DNA of 10,016 nucleotides from Candidatus Micrarchaeia archaeon (GTDB lineage: Archaea > Micrarchaeota > Micrarchaeia > CAILAH01): assembly GCA_038740245.1 (NCBI GenBank), contig JAVYLZ010000025.1:1-10016 (forward strand), in the 5' to 3' direction. This document shows, piece after piece, positions 1 through 6,445 of this stretch. The translations under genes and the position numbers were made by a program. Under the pieces are notes generated by a model. That model saw only the letters and a list, made by a program, of their open reading frames with translations, ran no database searches and was not told the DNA's origin. Numbering within the stretch: position 1 is the first letter of the stretch; every line of letters starts with the position of its first letter.

Positions 1-42
1 CACCCTTAGGCCCGCTCCAGCTTCCGCAATCCTTGAAATTGC

Positions 43-48
43 TTATAA
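43..48 (+). promoter_or_regulatory. Putative TATA box of the glycosyltransferase gene
   Basis: TTATAA preceded by GAAATT, ending 22 nt before the ATG at 71, consistent with archaeal TATA-to-start spacing for a leaderless mRNA. Confidence 0.5.
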
Positions 49-70
49 CAATTCTTGCGGAAGGTAATGC

Positions 71-1210
71 ATGGACCTTGTGCTGCTCCAGCCGTTCATC
101 CACACAAAGGGCGGCCTTGAGAAGGTTGTGCTTGAGGTTGCACGAAGGTATGACCCAGTAATATACACGTACAGGTACGTGCCTGAGGCCACTTTTGAGG
201 AGTTCAGGGAGTTTGACGTCCGTGTTGTGAAGCCAGTGCTTTCATTACCAGCGTCCGTGCTTCCAAGCCGGCTCAGGTGGGGAATACAGTCCGGAGAGAT
301 TTTTTGGAACCTCAAAATAAAGGATGATTATGACGTTGTGAACGCGCACGGAACCCCCAGCGAGTGGGCGCGCAACCATAACCCGCGCATGATGTGGTAC
401 TGCCACACGCCAAACAGGGAGGCATATGACCTGTATGAGTGGAGAATGAAACAGCGCGGCATTTTGGGGAGGATGGCGTTCTGGCCGTCAGTGAAAATAT
501 TCAAGTATCTTGAGGCAAAGGTTGCCCCAAAAATTGAGAAGATATGCACAAACTCAACCAACTCGCAGGCGCGCATCAAAAAATACCTCGGCAGGGAATC
601 CGAGATTATATACCCTGGCGTTGATGCAAACCAGTTCAAGTGCACTGATTACGAGAAATTTTTCCTTTACCCCTCGCGGATAACACCTGAGAAGCGTTTT
701 GAGATTGCAATTGATGCATTTAGAAGAAGCGGGCTGCACGACAGCGGGTTCAGGATAGTGATTGCCGGCTCGTTGCAGGAGGAGCGCAAGGAGCACGTGC
801 AGTATTACAATTACCTGTGCGAGCAGGTTAAGGGGATAGGCGAGGTGCGCGCAAACATACCTTACGGCGAGCTAAAAAGCCTTTATTCGCGCTGCTATGC
901 AGTGCTGTTCACTCCGATAAACGAGGATTTCGGGATAATCCCGCTTGAGGCGATGGCCGCAGAGAAGCCGGTTATTGCGATTGATGAGGGCGGCCCGCGC
1001 GAGACGGTTGTGCACAAGCGCACCGGGTTCTTGGCCAAGGATGCCGCCGAGATGGCAATATACATGAATGCGCTCGCAAGTGACATATCCATTGTGGAGA
1101 AAATGGGCCGTGCCGGCAGGAAGCACGTTATAGACAATTTCAGCTGGGACAACTTTTTCAGGAAGTATGAGTTTGCCCTGCGCGAAGCTGCGGGCGGAAA
1201 GACGGAGTAG
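71..1210 (+). CDS. Glycosyltransferase family 4 (GT-B fold, ALG2/RfaB-like), 379 aa
   Basis: N-terminal 'KGGLEKVV', 'WYCHTP', 'IIYPGVD', 'SRITPEKR' and the GT4 E-x7-E signature 'EDFGIIPLEAMAAEKPVIA', followed by 'GGPRETV..TGFL' and 'FSW'. Confidence 0.95.
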   Translation: MDLVLLQPFIHTKGGLEKVVLEVARRYDPVIYTYRYVPEATFEEFREFDVRVVKPVLSLPASVLPSRLRWGIQSGEIFWNLKIKDDYDVVNAHGTPSEWARNHNPRMMWYCHTPNREAYDLYEWRMKQRGILGRMAFWPSVKIFKYLEAKVAPKIEKICTNSTNSQARIKKYLGRESEIIYPGVDANQFKCTDYEKFFLYPSRITPEKRFEIAIDAFRRSGLHDSGFRIVIAGSLQEERKEHVQYYNYLCEQVKGIGEVRANIPYGELKSLYSRCYAVLFTPINEDFGIIPLEAMAAEKPVIAIDEGGPRETVVHKRTGFLAKDAAEMAIYMNALASDISIVEKMGRAGRKHVIDNFSWDNFFRKYEFALREAAGGKTE

Positions 1211-1285
1211 GCGCAGTGCTGGGAGGCATCGCAAAATGTTGGCTGCGCTTGTGTCAGACGGGGCTCTGCCTTGAAGAAGCAGAGA

Positions 1286-1293
1286 TTTATATA
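1286..1293 (+). promoter_or_regulatory. TATA box (TTTATATA) of the tandem-GGDEF-like gene
   Basis: Consensus archaeal TATA box with purine-rich upstream sequence (GAAGCAGAGA), ending 22 nt before ATG 1316. This argues against the GTG at 1295 as the start. Confidence 0.7.
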
Positions 1294-1315
1294 AGTGGGA
1301 TGTGCAATTGAATGC

Positions 1316-3136
1316 ATGGCTGATTTTGAGGCCCTAAGCCACGCTTCTGCGCATAATCCGGAGCAGTTTGCTAAAAGTTCCGCCCAATTGATAAATTCTG
1401 GTGCCAAATTGGTATATGATATCCTACCGCTTACGTGGGCCCCGGAGATGATTACTGCCATAAAGCAGGCAGAAAGTGCGAAAGAGTTGGCGCTTTACGT
1501 GGGGGTTTCGGCATTACTGCTTGGTCTAGATGCTATGGATCTTTATCCGCCTGCCCGGGCAGGCACTGCAGCTTTTAAGGAAGCGATTGAAAACGCCGTT
1601 AAAAAAGCAGTGAAAAGGGGGCTTAGTGAGAAAGCTGCGCACGAAGCAGTGACCGAGTTAGTTACTGCAGTTGCTAAAAACACGAAAGTGGCGCGCGAGT
1701 CTTTTGAAGCTGCGAGCAAAGAGTACGTGGATTTCACCAAGAATTTCTTCATAACAAAGGACAAGTCTGAGCTGTACAGGGCACTTCAGGGTGAAGTGGA
1801 TAATGCCGCAGAAATCCTAAGGGAAGCGCTTAATATTGCAGATGTGGGTGCACTCGAGCGCGGGATACCGAACATTGGTGTGGGGGTTTTTGACAAGGGA
1901 AAAACATGGCTTCTCAATTCCATATCTAGGGAGCTTGGTGATGTTGGGATAGCCATTTACCTGAAATCAATATACAAAAATGCAGAAAAATTCGGGGTTG
2001 ACCTTGTGATGACTGGCGGTGACGAGATTTTAGTAATTGCAAGGGATGGCGGTGCTGATACAATAAAAAACTTCTACGATGCTGCGCTCAAGGATATGGC
2101 AGACGAGATAAAGGTGATGCGCAAGGAGTCTGGGAACCCGCAGGCATTCAAGCTGATTGAAGATGCCTTAAGCAGTGTTTCAATCCATGCAGATTCTGCA
2201 ACTTTGAAAGTAGTTGACGGGAAGGTCAAGCTTGCATCCCCTCACAAGAAAGGAGAACCCGTAGAATTCCATGACCTTTCAACTTTCCTTTCGCGCATGG
2301 AAGCACGCGAGTTGTTTGCGAAGATACCTGGGTCGGCTGGCGCCCGTGAAATTCTTAGGGAGTTTATGCATCTTTCTGGGGAAGCGCTTCCCACATTGGC
2401 CAAGAGTGATGGTGTTGTTGTGGTACGGCTCGGGTTTGGGCCTGAGACAAAGCAAGCCCTGACTATTCTTGGGGAATATGCTGAGAAAGGGGTTGCGCAG
2501 GCAATTCGGCACAAGGGGGTAGGGCCGAGCATACTAAACCTGCTTGGGCATCCTGTTGCGGATTACTTCTCAAGGGAATACGCAAACGCATTAAAAATTG
2601 CGTTCAAGGAGGCAGGATATGCCGTTGAAGTGGGGCAGGCGGGTGCGCCACTCTCTATATCCTATGTGATAAAAGGGGGCAAAAAAGCCGGTGCTGACGA
2701 ACTTGAAAAAATAACAAAGCGGGCTAACGATATTTTTGTTGAGTCGGTAAACGGGAAAAATGCAGAGATCGGGCTTAGGGGCGTATCTGCATTTGCGGCG
2801 GGCACAAAGGAAACTGCAGAGGGCCTGGCTAAGAAGCATTTTACAAGAGGCCTCTTAAACGGTATTAAGGAGGAGGGAGTAAGACTTGAGCTTGCATATT
2901 TGCATACTGACAAGGGGGCAAAGCGCGAGCTTGCAGAAAAAGTAAGAGGATATTTGGAAGATACGTTTGGGACTGCTTTTGTAAGCAATGTCCCGGATGC
3001 TGCTTATAACGCATTTGAGAATTTGCCTGCATGGGTTCGCCAGCCTGAGGATTTGGTAACCTATTTGAGGGATGTGCATTTCTCTGATGGTGAGATAATA
3101 AGCATACTTAAGTATTTGGAGGGGGTGCCGTTATGA
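1316..3136 (+). CDS. Uncharacterised ~606-aa protein with two tandem GGDEF-like (palm nucleotidyl-cyclase) domains, one intact and one degenerate
   Basis: Long ORF with its own TATA box. Domain 1 reads 'GVFD-KGKTWLLN-SISRELGD...DLVMTGGDEILVI' (D at nt 1892, GGDEI at 2015-2029). Domain 2 reads 'SILNLLGHPVADYF...GQAGAPLSISYVI' (N at nt 2537, D at 2561). The CDS is solid; the domain call is from manual motif alignment. Confidence 0.75.
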   Translation: MADFEALSHASAHNPEQFAKSSAQLINSGAKLVYDILPLTWAPEMITAIKQAESAKELALYVGVSALLLGLDAMDLYPPARAGTAAFKEAIENAVKKAVKRGLSEKAAHEAVTELVTAVAKNTKVARESFEAASKEYVDFTKNFFITKDKSELYRALQGEVDNAAEILREALNIADVGALERGIPNIGVGVFDKGKTWLLNSISRELGDVGIAIYLKSIYKNAEKFGVDLVMTGGDEILVIARDGGADTIKNFYDAALKDMADEIKVMRKESGNPQAFKLIEDALSSVSIHADSATLKVVDGKVKLASPHKKGEPVEFHDLSTFLSRMEARELFAKIPGSAGAREILREFMHLSGEALPTLAKSDGVVVVRLGFGPETKQALTILGEYAEKGVAQAIRHKGVGPSILNLLGHPVADYFSREYANALKIAFKEAGYAVEVGQAGAPLSISYVIKGGKKAGADELEKITKRANDIFVESVNGKNAEIGLRGVSAFAAGTKETAEGLAKKHFTRGLLNGIKEEGVRLELAYLHTDKGAKRELAEKVRGYLEDTFGTAFVSNVPDAAYNAFENLPAWVRQPEDLVTYLRDVHFSDGEIISILKYLEGVPL

Positions 3137-3672
3137 GTGAAAATAGGAATTATGTAAGCTCGCGGTTTGCAGCCGGGATTGTGAAGCGGATATACCAGCG
3201 GCCGGGCCTGTTCAGGGAAATGAAGGAGAAAAGCTCGCTTAAGGAGGAAATAAATTCAGAGGATTTCCAGCAGCGGCTCAGGCGCCTGTCACCGGAGGCG
3301 CAGCGTGTAATAGGGGACCTTCTTATTGTTGCGGAGGAGCACGGTGCGCTGAACTTCATAATCAGCTGTGTGTACGGCATTAAGGAGGAGAACCCGAAGT
3401 ATTTTGATTACCTGAAAAAGCACATTGCATGCTGGGACAACCGCAAGGCGCTTGAGAGGGAACTTGAGTCCGTGGCGGCCCAATTCAAGGCGGGCTATGG
3501 CTTCAACGATGCTGTTGACCGCCTGCTGTCAAAGGCGAGGAAGCTGGATGATGCGGCTCTAAGCCTCGTGTATGCATCATTATCCGGCATTGCCATTTCA
3601 ACGAGGCCGCTTAGCAGCGATGAAATCAGGGCATCCCTCACAGCCACTGAAAATATTCTTGATGCGTGGTGA
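3133..3672 (+). CDS. Hypothetical protein, 179 aa, apparently alpha-helical, translationally coupled to the upstream GGDEF-like gene
   Basis: ATGA overlap (3133-3136) with the upstream stop, GGGGGTG purine tract upstream, and it fills the gap to ribL. No motif recognised. Confidence 0.8.
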   Translation: MSENRNYVSSRFAAGIVKRIYQRPGLFREMKEKSSLKEEINSEDFQQRLRRLSPEAQRVIGDLLIVAEEHGALNFIISCVYGIKEENPKYFDYLKKHIACWDNRKALERELESVAAQFKAGYGFNDAVDRLLSKARKLDDAALSLVYASLSGIAISTRPLSSDEIRASLTATENILDAW

Positions 3673-3676
3673 GCTT

Positions 3677-4141
3677 ATGGCTCTTGCAAGAAGAGGTGCG
3701 CGGGGAAGTGCAAAGCCGGCGCGTGGCCGTGTAAGGGAGAAAACAGTCGTTGCGGCCGGCACGTTTGACATACTGCACCCAGGCCATCTGCATTATCTTT
3801 CCCATGCAAAGGGGCACGGCCGGCTGGTTGTTATTGTTTCAAGCGATGAGTGGGCGCAGCGCAGCGGCAAGCAGCTTGTCCACACGCAGGCCGAGCGTGC
3901 GGAGCTCGTGCGTGCACTAAGGATTGTTGATGAGGTTGTGCTTGGGGAAAGCGGCAGCCAGCTTGCGACGATAAGGCGCATAAGGCCGGACCTGATTTAC
4001 CTTGGGTATGACCAAAAAATGCCTGAGGAGGTGGAGGCATATTGCAGGGCGCACAAAATAAAAATCCTGAGGGATTCCTGTGCAAGCCAGCCGCTGCGGC
4101 ACAAGACCACCAGAATAAAGGAGAGGATACGCGGGCGATGA
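3677..4141 (+). CDS. ribL: Archaeal FAD synthase (FMN adenylyltransferase, cytidylyltransferase-like HxGH family), ~154 aa
   Basis: 'VVAAGTFDILHPGHLHYL..AK', 'LVVIVSSD', 'ERAELVRAL..VDEVVLG', 'IRPDLIYLGYDQ', 'KTTRIKERI'. Start reassigned to ATG 3677, which follows a GGTGA Shine-Dalgarno-like sequence (3668-3672). The ORF-track start at 3572 overlaps the previous gene. Confidence 0.8.
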   Translation: MALARRGARGSAKPARGRVREKTVVAAGTFDILHPGHLHYLSHAKGHGRLVVIVSSDEWAQRSGKQLVHTQAERAELVRALRIVDEVVLGESGSQLATIRRIRPDLIYLGYDQKMPEEVEAYCRAHKIKILRDSCASQPLRHKTTRIKERIRGR

Positions 4142-4146
4142 TTTTA

Positions 4147-4168
4147 GTTTTGAATAAAAATTCAAAAC
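4147..4168. promoter_or_regulatory. Perfect 9-bp inverted repeat GTTTTGAAT-aaaa-ATTCAAAAC, candidate operator abutting a TATA box
   Basis: Read directly from the sequence. It lies immediately upstream of TTTATAAG (4170-4177), over the BRE position. Confidence 0.65.
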
Positions 4169-4169
4169 A

Positions 4170-4177
4170 TTTATAAG
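4170..4177 (+). promoter_or_regulatory. TATA box of the DUF5320 microprotein gene
   Basis: TTTATAAG about 32 nt upstream of ATG 4210, with a GGTGG SD-like sequence at 4201-4205. Confidence 0.6.
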
Positions 4178-4209
4178 ATTATTTGGTGAATAATTCATTT
4201 GGTGGTTTA

Positions 4210-4359
4210 ATGCCAAACAGGGATGGGACAGGGCCGGAAGGCAAGGGACCGCGCACAGGGCGCGGGATGGGCAACTGCCATGGCGAAGGTGGCGCTGGCA
4301 CACGTGGCAAGAGTGCCGGATTAGGCCGCGGGGCACGCAGAGGCCGGGGCGGGCGCTAA
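4210..4359 (+). CDS. DUF5320-family Gly/Arg-rich microprotein, 49 aa (not in the ORF track)
   Basis: Manual translation gives MPNRDGTGPEGKGPRTGRGMGNCHGEGGAGTRGKSAGLGRGARRGRGGR*, matching the family motif MPxxDGTGPxGxGPxTGRGxGxC. It has an SD-like GGTGG and the usual adjacency to DUF134. Confidence 0.88.
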   Translation: MPNRDGTGPEGKGPRTGRGMGNCHGEGGAGTRGKSAGLGRGARRGRGGR

Positions 4360-4397
4360 ACCCCGTTTTAATATATTTTTGGCGGAAAATTTTAGCC

Positions 4398-4697
4398 ATG
4401 CCAAGGCCAAGGGCGTGCCGCAGGGTCGGATTCAGATTCAAGTGTGAGTACTTCAAGCCGGCAGGTGTCCCGCTCAATTCATTGGAGGAGATAGTGCTTG
4501 CAGTTGAAGAGCTTGAAGCGGTGCGACTGGCCGACCTCAATGATATGGGGCAGGAGGAATGCGCCAGGAAGATGGGTGTATCCCAGCCCACATTTCACCG
4601 CATTGTAACTGCTGCAAGGAAGAAGATTGCGGATGCGCTTGCCAACGGCAAGGCGATACGTGTTGAGGGTGGAAATTACAAGTTGCTGAAAAGATGA
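4398..4697 (+). CDS. DUF134 / UPF0251 family predicted HTH DNA-binding protein, 99 aa
   Basis: 'MPRPRxCRRV...YFKPAGVP..LEEIVL..EELEAVRLAD...QEECA..MGVSQPTFHRI...ARKKIADAL..GKAIRVEGG'. Its own TATA-like TTTTAATATA lies at 4366-4375. Confidence 0.93.
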   Translation: MPRPRACRRVGFRFKCEYFKPAGVPLNSLEEIVLAVEELEAVRLADLNDMGQEECARKMGVSQPTFHRIVTAARKKIADALANGKAIRVEGGNYKLLKR

Positions 4698-4701
4698 TTT
4701 G

Positions 4702-5595
4702 CTATACGGCCCCCTTTTTTCCGGTTTTCCATCCCTTTCCGAATTCACTGGGGTTGAGCCAGTTCACATCCATCCTTGCAAAGAGCTCGGGCCCGTCTTC
4801 AATGAAAGCAATGCCGCAGAACCTTCCTGATTCAGAATACACGCGGGCATATCCACCACGGCGTGCTGCCGACTGCTGCACAGCCAGCCCATTCCTGTAA
4901 ACCGGCGAGCCGTATGCGATTGATGGCATCACTGTGTCCTTGATGCGTATCTCAGGGAGCTTTGCGAGCAACTTATCCGGCGGGATTAGCATTTCGTTAA
5001 GCTTTGTGCATTCCCCCTTTTCATTGCATTCCCACACTGCATCCTTAAGCTCGTAAAGGGTATGCGCATCCTTTTCGCCTATATCCCCGCTGCGTATCCT
5101 TCTCAGCTCAAGCATGTTTGCGCCGCACCCCATTTTTTTGCCCATGTCAAAAATCAGCTTCCGGACATAGGTGCCCCCCTGGCATTTTACCCTGAAAAGC
5201 ACATCCCTCCCGTGCATTTCAAGGATTTCCATCTCGTAAATATTGCGTTCGCGGGGCCTTTTTGCAACCGCGCTCCTGAGAGGCGGCTTTTGAATTATTT
5301 TCCCAGTAAAAGATTTCATCACCTGCCGTATTTTGTGCCCGGGCACATCGGCGTGCAGCCGCATTATGGCAACGTATTCCTTGTCCTCGCCCGAAAGGAA
5401 TTTGCTAAGCCGTATTGCCTTTCCAAGTGCTATAATCAGCACTCCGGAAACTGCCGGATCCAGCGTGCCTATGTGGCCGCTTTTTTGTGCGCCAAGCAGG
5501 TCGCGCACCCACGAGCCAACCTGTGCGCTCGGCGGCCCGCGCGGCTTGTCTATTACCACAAAGCACCCATGCAAAACATCGCTGTTTAAGGCCAT
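4702..5595 (-). CDS. cbf5: RNA-guided pseudouridine synthase Cbf5 (TruB family plus PUA domain), ~297 aa
   Basis: 'VIDKPRGP', catalytic 'GHIGTLDP', 'KEYV', 'QKPPLRSAV..RPRER', 'GTYVRKL..DMG', 'MLELRRIRSG' and a C-terminal PUA-like region. The start at 5595 is preferred over 5616, which is only about 10 nt from the TATA box. Confidence 0.93.
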   Translation of the reverse strand: MALNSDVLHGCFVVIDKPRGPPSAQVGSWVRDLLGAQKSGHIGTLDPAVSGVLIIALGKAIRLSKFLSGEDKEYVAIMRLHADVPGHKIRQVMKSFTGKIIQKPPLRSAVAKRPRERNIYEMEILEMHGRDVLFRVKCQGGTYVRKLIFDMGKKMGCGANMLELRRIRSGDIGEKDAHTLYELKDAVWECNEKGECTKLNEMLIPPDKLLAKLPEIRIKDTVMPSIAYGSPVYRNGLAVQQSAARRGGYARVYSESGRFCGIAFIEDGPELFARMDVNWLNPSEFGKGWKTGKKGAV

Positions 5596-5625
5596 TGGTA
5601 TGAATTTCACGCGCATATTTATTTG

Positions 5626-5636
5626 CTTTATATAAG
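5626..5636. promoter_or_regulatory. Bidirectional TATA element CTTTATATAAG between divergent cbf5 and aIF-2beta
   Basis: Reads TTTATATA on + (23 nt before ATG 5658) and TTATATAAA on - (about 31 nt before ATG 5595). Confidence 0.6.
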
Positions 5637-5657
5637 TTTCCCGCCTTGTATATGCGT

Positions 5658-6071
5658 ATGGATGACAAGGATTACGAGAGCCTGCTCAACAACGTGTATT
5701 CAACAATGCCCAAGCGCACAGCAAAATCCGAGCGTTTTGAGCTGCCGGACCTTGAGGTGCTGACGCAGGGCAATAAGACGATAGTGAGGAATTTCGGGGA
5801 CGTGTGCTCAATTATGCGGCGTGAGCCGCAGCAGGTTTCAAAGTTCCTTTCAAAAGAGCTTGCGGTTCCCAGCAGTATTGACGGCAAGCGCCTGATATTC
5901 AACGGGAAGGTTGACCCGCGCCTGCTTGCATCCAAATTGCAGGATTTCCTTGCCAAGTACGTTAAGTGCAAGGTGTGCGGGAGCTATGACACCCATTTTG
6001 AGGCCGCGGACCGCAGCGTGCACGTGCTGATATGCGAGGCGTGCGGTGCGCGCAGCCCAGCAGTGCTATAG
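5658..6071 (+). CDS. eif2b: Translation initiation factor aIF-2 subunit beta, ~137 aa
   Basis: 'YESLL...SERFELP....QGNKTIVRNF', 'KFLSKELA', and C-terminal Zn ribbon 'YVKCKVCGSYDT...LICEACGA'. Start set to ATG 5658 from TATA spacing. Confidence 0.95.
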   Translation: MDDKDYESLLNNVYSTMPKRTAKSERFELPDLEVLTQGNKTIVRNFGDVCSIMRREPQQVSKFLSKELAVPSSIDGKRLIFNGKVDPRLLASKLQDFLAKYVKCKVCGSYDTHFEAADRSVHVLICEACGARSPAVL

Positions 6072-6085
6072 GTTGAGGTTTTGAT

Positions 6086-6445
6086 ATGCCATACCAGCAG
6101 AACAGGGGGATGCATCACCAGCATGGACGGGATGGCCAGCAGGGCGGCAGCGAGGAAGTAATGCGCGTCCGCCTGCCCCGCAAGGACGAGGGGGAGATAT
6201 TCGGCCTGGTCACTGCGCTTTTGGGCGGCAGCCGGCTGCGCGTGCAGTGCATAGACGGCAAGGAGCGTGTTGTAAGGATACCCGGCAAGCTTAAGCGCCA
6301 GGCGTGGATAAAGGCCAATGATGTAATACTGCTGGTGCCCTGGCCGATTGATGATACCAAGGGCGATGTAACCTGGCGGTATACCCGCATACAGGTTGAG
6401 TGGCTTAAGAATAGGGGCATACTGCCAAAGGATTTCGGTGTGTAA
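6086..6445 (+). CDS. eif1a: Translation initiation factor aIF-1A, 119 aa
   Basis: 'RVRLP...EIFGLVTALLGGSRLRVQCIDGKERVVRIPGKLKRQAWI...DVILLVPW....KGDVTWRYT..QVEWL..RG'. Upstream GAGGT SD-like sequence. Confidence 0.96.
   Translation: MPYQQNRGMHHQHGRDGQQGGSEEVMRVRLPRKDEGEIFGLVTALLGGSRLRVQCIDGKERVVRIPGKLKRQAWIKANDVILLVPWPIDDTKGDVTWRYTRIQVEWLKNRGILPKDFGV

Noticed and set aside
1264..1284. CTCTGC-N9-GCAGAG inverted repeat just upstream of the TATA box
   Set aside because: The arms are only 6 bp, which is expected by chance. Not supportable without comparative data.
1316..3136. Cas10/Cmr2 or CRISPR-associated polymerase
   Set aside because: The motif is GGDE rather than GGDD, the intact palm comes first, there is no HD domain or Zn-finger cysteines, and the window has no cas genes or repeats.
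1316..3136. GTP cyclohydrolase III or a canonical diguanylate cyclase call
   Set aside because: It lacks the GGDN and N-terminal GCH III motifs and is over twice the usual length. It also lacks the DxDxFKxxND lysine, the RxGGDEF arginine and any sensor domain, so no specific product is assigned.
1211..3672. Mobile element or horizontally acquired island
   Set aside because: No transposase, integrase, terminal repeats or target duplication is seen. GC looks somewhat lower in sampled 60-nt lines (37%, 43%, 52% versus 50-67% in sampled housekeeping lines), but the sample is too small to support a claim.
3917..4591. 224-aa minus-strand ORF and other long antisense or alternate-frame ORFs (e.g. 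895..1461, 5062..5589, 5984..6703, 8108..8662)
   Set aside because: They are shadows of well-supported genes, have no recognisable motifs, and cross promoters or gene boundaries.
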